Shown here one piece after another: positions 25,743-34,023 of a stretch of 54,560 nt of DNA. The notes under the pieces were generated by a model, which was given only the letters and a program-made list of their open reading frames with translations, was not told where the DNA came from and did not search any database. Made by a program: the position numbers and the translations under genes. Where the stretch lies: NCBI GenBank assembly GCA_034717435.1, contig JAYELI010000043.1:1-54560 (forward strand). The letters are read 5' to 3'. This DNA is from Candidatus Omnitrophota bacterium (GTDB lineage Bacteria > Omnitrophota > JAUWXU01). The stretch's first letter is position 1; the number at the start of each line of letters is the position of its first letter.

Positions 25743-27965
25743 TTATTTACCTTCTCCGGAAATTACATTTCGCCAGGTTTTAGTTAATTTTTTTATTTCT
25801 ACATCAAATAAATCGTTGACGATTAATTTATCTCCTCCTACACAGCCGATATTATAAAGCGGCACCTCTTTTTCTTTGGCCAATGTTTCTATCTCTGAGA
25901 GTACCCGGGGATTAGAACTTACTACTACCCGGGATTGAGATTCTCCGAATAAAAAGGCAATGTTGCTGACTGCCTTAATTTCACAAGTTATCTTCGCCCC
26001 AATCATCTTATCTTTATCAACAATACAGCTCTCGGCCAGGGCTGCTGCCAGCCCGCCCTCGGAAAGATCGTGGGCTGAGTTTATTAAACATCTTTTAACC
26101 AGTTCCTGAATAAAGCCTTGGTTTCTTTTTTCTCTATCCAAATTCAGTTCAGGAGGCCTGCCTTTCTTCATATTATGGATAATCTTTAAAAACTCCGTTC
26201 CTCCTAATTCTTCAAAGGTCTCGCCAATTAATAAAATTATATCCCCCTCTTTTTTAAAAGAAGAACTCACAAATCTATCCACATTTTCTAACAGTCCGAC
26301 CATGCCGATAACCGGTGTTGGGTCAACCGATCCTTTGGGACTTTCATTATGAAAACTGACATTACCGCTAATTACCGGTATATCTAATCCCTTACAGGCG
26401 CAGCTAATCCCCTCAACACACTTTTTAAATTGCCAGAATATTTCCGGATCATAGGGATTGCCAAAGTTCAGACAATCAGTTAAGGCAAGCGGCCTTCCCC
26501 CTGAACAAACAATATTTCTCGCTGCCTCACAAACCGCGATCATTCCTCCTCTGTAAGGATTCAAATAACAATAAGTGCCATTACAATCAGAGGTTATGAC
26601 AACCGCCTTTTTTGTCCCCTTGATAGATATCACACCGGCATCTGCGCCTTTGAATATAGAATGGAACCCGGCTTCTTCAGGCCGGCTCTGTGAACATAAC
26701 CATTCCTTGCTGGCTATTGTCGGAGAGCCTAACAATTTAAGCAAAACATCATTATAATCTTCCGGTTGAGACAATTGCCCTATATCCAGGCTGGAAACCT
26801 CTTTTAAATATTGGGGTTCTTTTTCTTCCCGGATATAAACCGGCGCGTTTTCAGTCAGGGCAGACGCGGACACCTCTGCTACTACTTCACCCTTATCTTT
26901 TACGCGGACTAAACCATCATCTGTTACTCTGCCTATTTCATCGACAGGAACATTATATTTATTACATATTTCTCTAACTTTTAAAATATCATCTTTCTTG
27001 ACAATAGCCAGCATCCTTTCCTGCGATTCCGACAGCATTATCTCATAAGGGTTCATTGCCTCTTCTTTGCGGGGAACTAATGAGACATCTATTTCTATTC
27101 CCTTACCGCTCTTCGCAGCCATTTCAGAAGTAGAGCAGGTAAGTCCGGCAGCCCCCATATCCTGCATCCCGACTACCAGGCCGCTGTGTATTAACTCAAG
27201 TGAGGCCTTACGAAGAATCTTTCCCATTTTAGGATCGCCGATTGCCACAGCAGATTTCTTTCTCTCTGAATCCTCATCCAAACCGCCTGAGGCAAAACTC
27301 GCTCCAGCCACACCATCCTTACCGGTAGGGCCTCCTAAAATCAAAACTACATTTCCTGCTTCTCCGGCCTTTGCCTTTGTAAGTTCAGAATGTTTCATTA
27401 ATCCAACGCACATAGCATTCACTAAAGGATTTCCCTGGTACGAACGGTCAAAATAAACCTCTCCTGCTACTACAGGTATCCCTACGATGTTAGCATAGGT
27501 AGTAAAGCCCCTGGCTACTTCCTTAAATAAAAATTTAACACGGTCATCATTCAGGTCGCCGAAACGTAGAGAATCTGCTAAGGCAATGGGAACAGCACCC
27601 ATAGTAAAGATATCCCTCATTACGCCCCCTCCTCCGGTTGCCGAAGCCTCGTAAGGTTCAACAGCTGAGGGGTGATTATGGGATTCTATTTTGGTCACAA
27701 TTGCTAAATTATCCCCTATATCCACTACTCCGGCATTTTCACCCGGTCCCTGAATAACAACTCTTGAGGTAGTTGGAAATAATTTAAGGACTGATTTGGA
27801 GTTTTTATATGAACAGTGCTCTGACCACATAGCCGAAAACATACCAAGTTCTGTATATCTTGGTTCGCGATTAAGAAGATCGCAGATCCTTTGATATTCA
27901 TCCCGGCTTAATCCATGTTCGGAAATAACCTCTTCACTTATTGTTTTCGTCTCTTTGCCTGCCAT
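25743..27965 (-). CDS. purL: Phosphoribosylformylglycinamidine synthase subunit PurL (small-type FGAM synthase II)
   Basis: 740 aa with full-length PurL similarity (MWSEHCSYKNSK, HNHPSAVEPY). RBS AGGAGGT. Confidence 0.95.
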   Translation of the reverse strand: MAGKETKTISEEVISEHGLSRDEYQRICDLLNREPRYTELGMFSAMWSEHCSYKNSKSVLKLFPTTSRVVIQGPGENAGVVDIGDNLAIVTKIESHNHPSAVEPYEASATGGGGVMRDIFTMGAVPIALADSLRFGDLNDDRVKFLFKEVARGFTTYANIVGIPVVAGEVYFDRSYQGNPLVNAMCVGLMKHSELTKAKAGEAGNVVLILGGPTGKDGVAGASFASGGLDEDSERKKSAVAIGDPKMGKILRKASLELIHSGLVVGMQDMGAAGLTCSTSEMAAKSGKGIEIDVSLVPRKEEAMNPYEIMLSESQERMLAIVKKDDILKVREICNKYNVPVDEIGRVTDDGLVRVKDKGEVVAEVSASALTENAPVYIREEKEPQYLKEVSSLDIGQLSQPEDYNDVLLKLLGSPTIASKEWLCSQSRPEEAGFHSIFKGADAGVISIKGTKKAVVITSDCNGTYCYLNPYRGGMIAVCEAARNIVCSGGRPLALTDCLNFGNPYDPEIFWQFKKCVEGISCACKGLDIPVISGNVSFHNESPKGSVDPTPVIGMVGLLENVDRFVSSSFKKEGDIILLIGETFEELGGTEFLKIIHNMKKGRPPELNLDREKRNQGFIQELVKRCLINSAHDLSEGGLAAALAESCIVDKDKMIGAKITCEIKAVSNIAFLFGESQSRVVVSSNPRVLSEIETLAKEKEVPLYNIGCVGGDKLIVNDLFDVEIKKLTKTWRNVISGEGK

Positions 27966-27993
27966 ATTTTACCTCCTGGTATAAAAGCGTACT

Positions 27994-28076
27994 TGATTAC
28001 ATTCAAAAATGATTACATAGATCTTTAAAATCACACAAACAATCTGTGTAATCTGCTTTTAAAATCTGCGTAATCA
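27994..28076. repeat. Dyad-symmetric array in the carB-purL spacer: GATTAC x2 (27995, 28011) facing GTAATC x2 (28048, 28070), the latter embedded in aatctgYgtaatc
   Basis: Read directly. The right half shares the ATCTGYG heptad with the elements at 31530-31546 and 36314-36351. Confidence 0.6.
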
Positions 28077-28090
28077 TAATTAATGTTTTT

Positions 28091-31000
28091 TTATCGCTTA
28101 TGATATTCCTGAAGTGATTTGACTGAAAAACTTTTCCTACTTAAGGCCTCAATGCCGTTTACCGTAGCCTGGGCACCGGCAATAGTAGTTACCAAAGGAA
28201 TGTTGTAAAGAACAGCCGTGCTTCTTATAATGGTTTCATCTCTCTTGGTAAGCTTCCCTTGCGGGGTATTGATAATCAAATTAATCTCACCGCTCTTTAA
28301 CATATCTACAATATGGGGCCTTTCCTCATATAATTTGGGCACTATTCTCATTTTCAGGCCGTTTTCTGTTAATACCCTGGCTGTTCCGCTGGTAGCAAAC
28401 AGTTTAAACCCCAGGCCAGCCAATTTCTTGGCAATAAGAACAGCTTTATTTTTATCCTCATTTCTTACAGTAATCAAAACGTTTCCCTTTAGCGGAATTT
28501 TCTGTCCGGCAGCCATTTGGCTTTTGGCATAGGCTAAACCAAATGTAGAATCTATGCCCATTACCTCACCGGTGGATTTCATTTCAGGACCTAAAATCGC
28601 ATCCGCGCCGGGAAATCTGGCAAAGGGAAATACAGATTCTTTAACCGCTATGTGATCAATCTCTATCTCCTTAGTTATTCCCAGTTGCTTTAATGTCTTT
28701 CCCAGCATTACCTTGGTAGCTATCTTGGCCCAGGCAATACCACTGGCCTTGGAAATAAGAGGAATAGTCCTGGAAGCCCGCGGGTTTACTTCCAGTATAT
28801 AAACTACGTTGCGTCTTACGGCATATTGGATATTTAATAACCCTTTAACATTTAACTCCTTAGCCAGGGCATAAGTATTTTTCTTAATTTTTTCAATTAT
28901 GGCATCACTCAATGTATGAGGAGGAAGCACCATGGCACTGTCTCCTGAATGAACCCCTGCTTCCTCAATGTGCTCCATAATGCCGGCAATTACACATCTG
29001 TCTCCATCGGCCACAGCGTCTACATCTACTTCAACAGCATCTTCTAAAAATTTATCTATTAAAATTGGTTTTTCCGGCGAGGCCTGGACAGCTTTTTGCA
29101 TAAAATTAGCTAATTCCCCATCATCATAGACTATCTCCATTGCCCTGCCGCCCAAAACATAAGAAGGCCTCAACATAATCGGATAACCTATTTTTCGGGC
29201 AATTCTTTCTGCCTGGTCAAAAGAGGTTACAGTATCATTATCAGGTTGAATTAATTTAAGTTTTTTAATAAGCCTTTTGAAACGTTTTCTATCCTCTGCC
29301 TTGTCTATTGAGTCAGGGCTGGTTCCCAGTATTTTGACACCTGCCTTGTGCAGGGCAGTAGAAATATTAAGCGGGGTCTGTCCGCCAAACTGGACAATAA
29401 TACCAAACGGCTTTTCGCAATTTACAATATTTAACACATCTTCTACCGTAAGGGGCTCAAAATATAATTTATTTGATGTATCATAATCAGTAGAAACAGT
29501 CTCAGGATTACAATTTACCATAATGCTGTCTATATATTCTTCTTTTAAGGCGTAAGAGGCATGGCAGCAACAGTAATCGAACTCTATTCCCTGGCCAATC
29601 CTATTTGGCCCGCCGCCCAATATGAGAACCTTCTTATTAGAACTGGGCTGAGACTCATTTCTTGTTTCATATGTTGAATAATAATACGGCTGGCTCGCCT
29701 GAAACTCTCCTGCACAGGTATCGACCGGTTTAAAAACCGGCTGGATTTTATATTTTTTTCTCAAACCTCGAATCTTTTCTTCCTTACTACCCAGTAAGTC
29801 CGCCAGCTGTACATCGCTAAATCCATTTTCTTTCGCTTTTCTTAGTAATTTTGAAGATATAATTTCTGTTTTCTGACTTCTGTTTTCTGATTTCTGTTTT
29901 CTGATTTCCCCCTCCATCTCAACCAACTGCTTCATATTATCAAGAAACCAGCGGTCTATCCTGGAAAGCTCATAAATCTCATCTACTGATAACCCTGCTT
30001 TTAACCCATAACGAATATAAAATAGTCTTTGGTCATTAGGGGTCTTTATCTTTTGTTTAATAAGCTCGGTGTCTTTTTGCAGATTTTCAGGTATATCCCG
30101 GCCATCAGCGCCAAACCCGTATCTGGAAGTCTCGGTTGATCGTATCCCCTTTTGAAAGGCCTCTTTAAAATTTCTTCCGATAGACATGGCCTCGCCAACC
30201 GCCTTCATAGAAGTATTTAGCACCGGCTCTGTTTCAGAAAACTTCTCAAATGTAAAACGGCAGATCTTAAATACGCAATAATCAATCGTGGGTTCAAAAA
30301 AAGACGTGGTTTTCCCGGTTATCTGATTCATAACCTCAGGAAGTGTTAATCCTACTGCCAGTTTCGTGGCTACCATGGCAATAGGAAAACCTGTTGCCTT
30401 GCTTGCCAGAGCAGAACTGCGCGAAAGCCTCGGGTTGACCTCGATTATCACGATCCGGCCATTATTGGGATTCTGGGCAAACTGAATATTTGCCCCGCCT
30501 CCTGTAATATCTACTTTTCTTATTATTTTTTTAGACAGATTAACAAAATTACTGTATTCCTCAGCTGTAAGGGTTTGGGCCGGAGCTACTACAATGCTGT
30601 CACCGGTATGAACGCCCATAGGATCCACGTTCTCCATAGAAGTAATCATAACAACATTGTCCACCCGGTCTCTCATCACTTCATATTCTATTTCCTTCCA
30701 TCCCAAAACTGACTGCTCTACCAGGACCTGCTCTACAGGACTTATCTCAATCGCCTTGGCTAAAGAGACTTCCAACTCCTCCTTATTATAAACCGTAGCA
30801 CTTCCTTTGCCCCCAAGACAAAAAGCAGGCCTGAGTATCAATGGAAATCCTATTCTCAAACCTATTTTTACCCCCTCTTTCACAGAAGTGGCAATTCCGC
30901 TTTGGGGAACATCAACCCCTATTTCATTCATCGCCTGCTTAAATAAATCCCTGTCCTCAGCCCTGGCTATGGCCTCTGGACTGGCTCCAAGAGATTCAAC

Positions 31001-31336
31001 TCCATACTTTTTCAACACTCCCTCTTTTGCCAGGAAGGTTGCCAGATTTAAGGCCGTCTGGCCGCCAAGAGTAGGAAGCACGGCATCCGGCCTTTCCTTT
31101 TGGATAACCTTGGTTAAAATCTCTAAAGTCAAAGGCTCGATATATGTCCCATCAGCCATTTGAGGATCAGTCATAATAGTGGCGGGATTTGAATTCACAA
31201 GTACTGTCTTATATCCCTCTTCCCTCAATGCCTTGCAGGCCTGAGAACCGGAATAATCAAATTCACAAGCCTGGCCAATAACAATCGGCCCTGACCCAAT
31301 CATCAATATTTTCTTTATATCTTTTCGTTTAGGCAT
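28091..31336 (-). CDS. carB: Carbamoyl-phosphate synthase large subunit
   Basis: 1081 aa. Duplicated ATP-grasp halves, an oligomerisation domain and a C-terminal MGS-like allosteric domain. N-terminus KKILMIGSGPIVIGQACEFDYSG. Confidence 0.97.
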   Translation of the reverse strand: MPKRKDIKKILMIGSGPIVIGQACEFDYSGSQACKALREEGYKTVLVNSNPATIMTDPQMADGTYIEPLTLEILTKVIQKERPDAVLPTLGGQTALNLATFLAKEGVLKKYGVESLGASPEAIARAEDRDLFKQAMNEIGVDVPQSGIATSVKEGVKIGLRIGFPLILRPAFCLGGKGSATVYNKEELEVSLAKAIEISPVEQVLVEQSVLGWKEIEYEVMRDRVDNVVMITSMENVDPMGVHTGDSIVVAPAQTLTAEEYSNFVNLSKKIIRKVDITGGGANIQFAQNPNNGRIVIIEVNPRLSRSSALASKATGFPIAMVATKLAVGLTLPEVMNQITGKTTSFFEPTIDYCVFKICRFTFEKFSETEPVLNTSMKAVGEAMSIGRNFKEAFQKGIRSTETSRYGFGADGRDIPENLQKDTELIKQKIKTPNDQRLFYIRYGLKAGLSVDEIYELSRIDRWFLDNMKQLVEMEGEIRKQKSENRSQKTEIISSKLLRKAKENGFSDVQLADLLGSKEEKIRGLRKKYKIQPVFKPVDTCAGEFQASQPYYYSTYETRNESQPSSNKKVLILGGGPNRIGQGIEFDYCCCHASYALKEEYIDSIMVNCNPETVSTDYDTSNKLYFEPLTVEDVLNIVNCEKPFGIIVQFGGQTPLNISTALHKAGVKILGTSPDSIDKAEDRKRFKRLIKKLKLIQPDNDTVTSFDQAERIARKIGYPIMLRPSYVLGGRAMEIVYDDGELANFMQKAVQASPEKPILIDKFLEDAVEVDVDAVADGDRCVIAGIMEHIEEAGVHSGDSAMVLPPHTLSDAIIEKIKKNTYALAKELNVKGLLNIQYAVRRNVVYILEVNPRASRTIPLISKASGIAWAKIATKVMLGKTLKQLGITKEIEIDHIAVKESVFPFARFPGADAILGPEMKSTGEVMGIDSTFGLAYAKSQMAAGQKIPLKGNVLITVRNEDKNKAVLIAKKLAGLGFKLFATSGTARVLTENGLKMRIVPKLYEERPHIVDMLKSGEINLIINTPQGKLTKRDETIIRSTAVLYNIPLVTTIAGAQATVNGIEALSRKSFSVKSLQEYHKR
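29873..29914 (-). repeat. In-frame heptanucleotide tandem tract inside carB (6 units; sense TCAGAAA ACAGAAA TCAGAAA ACAGAAG TCAGAAA ACAGAAA)
   Basis: Counted directly. The 42 bp encode EIRKQKSENRSQKTEI in a variable loop of the oligomerisation domain. Confidence 0.9.
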
Positions 31337-31361
31337 GATGAAATTGTTAAATATGAAATCC

Positions 31362-31553
31362 CTAAAAACTATCTTAAACGCAGATTCTCACAGACGTCGT
31401 TGCGAGCGAAGTCCCCGAAGGGGAAGGAGCGAAGCAATCTCTCTTTTTGAGAGTACGAAGTTTCCCCGTAAGGAGATTGCTTCGTCCCGCCACCTTTGGT
31501 GGCGAGACTCGCAATGACGTTTATGTCAGATCTGCGTATATCTGCGTTAAAAA
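31362..31553. repeat. Composite intergenic element: split family-B heptad palindrome (31362-31393 and 31521-31553) flanking a family-A cloverleaf
   Basis: The left flank aaaaactatcttaaacgcagattctc and the right flank atctgcgtatatctgcgttaaaaa match the two ends of the intact element at 36250-36358. Confidence 0.8.
31394..31520. repeat. Cloverleaf-like palindromic element, family A copy 2 (between carA and carB)
   Basis: Closing stem acgtcgttgcgag/ctcgcaatgacgt (13 bp, one G-T). Hairpins are tcccc-gaa-gggga, cgaagcaatctc...gagattgcttcg (with about 30 nt extra in the loop) and cgccacc-ttt-ggtggcg. Confidence 0.8.
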
Positions 31554-31573
31554 ATGCTTTTCCAGAATTCTCT

Positions 31574-32644
31574 TTATAATTTCTTAACTGATGTTATGAA
31601 ATTTTTCAGCACGCAATTAACCTCGCCCATGCCCGGAGATGCCGGATAAAATTGGTATCCCCAAGCCTTCAGCTTCCTGCATTCAATACCCTCTATGGTC
31701 TCATCATTTATATTGCGCCATGCAATCTTCACATTTTTTCCTTTAAGCGAACTTTCATTTATTGCATAACTATGATTTTGAACCGTTATTTCTCCCTTTA
31801 AAGACCCCGGACTTAAGACAGGATAATTCAAGCCGTGGTGACCTAAAAACATGCTTTCCACCCGGCCGCCCAGCGCCAGGGCAAGAACCTGACAACCTGC
31901 GCCTATTCCAAGCACAGGCACTTTACCAAGTAATTGCTTTACCTTCTCAACTGCAATATAAATTCCCTTATCCGCTTCCGGGCCGTCTGAAATTATCACT
32001 GCCTTTGGTAAATTCTTTAACAGGCTGGAACCTGAGATATTATATGGAAAAACCTTGACCCCCCAGCCCAAAGTTTCAAGCTGGCTGACAATGCTATTTG
32101 TAAGGCCAATATCTATAACTCCTATTGTCAAACCTCGTTTGCCGGACCTGGTTATTTTTTTGACCGAAATATCCTTAATTACATCTAATCCTTTAAACTT
32201 TAACTTTTCTATTTTTTTCTTCAAGCTTTTAGGATTAAAGTCTCTGGTTGAAATTATTCCGAACTGCTCTCCGTTTTCACGAAGCTCAACCATCAGGGTC
32301 CTTGTATCAATGCCCTCTATTGCCAAAACCTCTTCTTTCTCTAAGAACCTGTCAAAATCCCCTTCTGCCTGCCAGTTGCTTGTTATAGTTGCCTTTTCTT
32401 TAATAACCACAGCCTCGGCCCAAACCTTTTTAGATTCCATAAACTTTTTGGCCACGCCATAGTTTCCGATAAGAGGATAGGTCAAGACTATAATCTTTCC
32501 GGCATTAGCAGGGCTGGTCATTACTTCCTGATAGCCAACAACTCCCGTATAAAAGCTAACCCGACCTGTCTTTTCTCCATTTAACCCAATAGATCTTCCT
32601 TTAAATATAGAACCTTTTTCTAAGGCCAAAACCGCTTTTTTCAT
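31574..32644 (-). CDS. carA: Carbamoyl-phosphate synthase small subunit homologue with a degenerate glutaminase active site
   Basis: 356 aa. The N-terminal CarB-interaction domain is conserved (GYQEVMTSP...LTYPLIGNYGV). The GATase domain has GIGAGCQ in place of GICLGHQ and QFYPASPG in place of QGHPEASPG. Confidence 0.85.
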   Translation of the reverse strand: MKKAVLALEKGSIFKGRSIGLNGEKTGRVSFYTGVVGYQEVMTSPANAGKIIVLTYPLIGNYGVAKKFMESKKVWAEAVVIKEKATITSNWQAEGDFDRFLEKEEVLAIEGIDTRTLMVELRENGEQFGIISTRDFNPKSLKKKIEKLKFKGLDVIKDISVKKITRSGKRGLTIGVIDIGLTNSIVSQLETLGWGVKVFPYNISGSSLLKNLPKAVIISDGPEADKGIYIAVEKVKQLLGKVPVLGIGAGCQVLALALGGRVESMFLGHHGLNYPVLSPGSLKGEITVQNHSYAINESSLKGKNVKIAWRNINDETIEGIECRKLKAWGYQFYPASPGMGEVNCVLKNFITSVKKL

Positions 32645-34023
32645 TTTTCCTCAATCGGGCGTATCCCATCCCAGCAGTTAAGACAAAGTTTTTCCTTTGG
32701 CAAACCAATAGCGCTGACGAAATCTTCCAGAGAGTTATATTTTAGAGAATCGGCCCCAACAAGTTTGGCCACTTTTTCCTCAACTATCCTTAATTTATCT
32801 AAAGAGCCTATTTCGCCTTGTTTAATAAATGACCTTACTGCTAATTCCTCATAGGTCCGGGTGGAAATCCCATAACTGCAGGGGTGCATAAGCGGGGGAC
32901 AAGCCACTCTTACATGAACCTCTTTTGCCCCTGCCTTTTTGAGCTCACGAACCTTGTCTCGAATCTGTGTGCCCCGAACTATAGAATCATCACAGAGAAT
33001 AATTTTTTTATCCTGCACTGCTTCTCTTATAACAGAAAGTTTCCTTTTGGCCATCTTGTCCCTGGCGGCTTGAGTTGCCAGAGTATAACTGCGGTCAGCG
33101 TAACGATTATACAAAAATACGTTTTGATATTGAATCTTTGATCTTTTATGATACCCCAAGGCATGTCCTATCCCGGACATAGGAACCGACGCTATGCAAT
33201 CTGCCCTTAACCTTCCTTCTCTTTCATCCCGTTCAGCCAATTTTTCACCTAAATTATTTCTGGCCTGCTTAACATACACCCCATCGATTTTGGAATCTAT
33301 ACTGGCAACATAAGCCCATTCAAAGGCACAATGAGCAGTCCTTTTTACAGGAATCTTCCCCACTATATTAAATCCATGCTTATTTATTAAAATTATCTCT
33401 CCCGGTTTTACATCTCGTTCTATCTCCATATCCAAACTCTCGACAGCCCGGGATTCACTGGCCACTACAAATTTTTCATTTCCACTTCCTAAAATCAACG
33501 GCCTAAATCCATAAGGACCCCGGGCAGCGTAGATTCCTCGATGATTCAAAATTAAAAGAGAGAAGGCCCCCTTAATCCTTTGGGCCATTGAGACAATACC
33601 CTGAACTAAATCCTCTCCCTCTCCAATCATCTTAGAGAGAAGTTCAATATGGCTGTCTGTAGAAAATGAATGTCCTTTTTTCTTTAAATCTAAAAAGAGC
33701 TGGTCGGCATTTATGATATTACCGCTAAAACAAGCAGCAAAACTTCCTAATTTGGTCTCTAATTTTACGGGCTGGCGGTCTTTTAAGCTTACATGGCCAA
33801 TGCCAAAATTTCCGCTTAACGACCGGAGTTCAAGCTCGGTAAATCTTTCTCCTACCCTGCCCAAATGGGTTATAAGACTAATTTCATTATCTGCGGCAGT
33901 TGCTATTCCGCAATACTGCTGGCCCCGATGTTGCAGGAAATCAATCCCCAGATATATATCGTTTACGCAATCTCTTTTTGAATAGACGCCAAACACTCCG
34001 CAGTTATCCGGCATTCTTACCAC
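32641..34023 (-). CDS. purF: Amidophosphoribosyltransferase (propeptide-type, Fe-S cluster cysteines present)
   Basis: 460 aa. Ntn nucleophile in MPDNCGVFGV, LQHRGQ, PRTase motif ILCDDSIVRGTQ, and cysteines at CAFEW, PCSYG and CLNCWDG. Confidence 0.9.
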   Translation of the reverse strand: MVRMPDNCGVFGVYSKRDCVNDIYLGIDFLQHRGQQYCGIATAADNEISLITHLGRVGERFTELELRSLSGNFGIGHVSLKDRQPVKLETKLGSFAACFSGNIINADQLFLDLKKKGHSFSTDSHIELLSKMIGEGEDLVQGIVSMAQRIKGAFSLLILNHRGIYAARGPYGFRPLILGSGNEKFVVASESRAVESLDMEIERDVKPGEIILINKHGFNIVGKIPVKRTAHCAFEWAYVASIDSKIDGVYVKQARNNLGEKLAERDEREGRLRADCIASVPMSGIGHALGYHKRSKIQYQNVFLYNRYADRSYTLATQAARDKMAKRKLSVIREAVQDKKIILCDDSIVRGTQIRDKVRELKKAGAKEVHVRVACPPLMHPCSYGISTRTYEELAVRSFIKQGEIGSLDKLRIVEEKVAKLVGADSLKYNSLEDFVSAIGLPKEKLCLNCWDGIRPIEEK

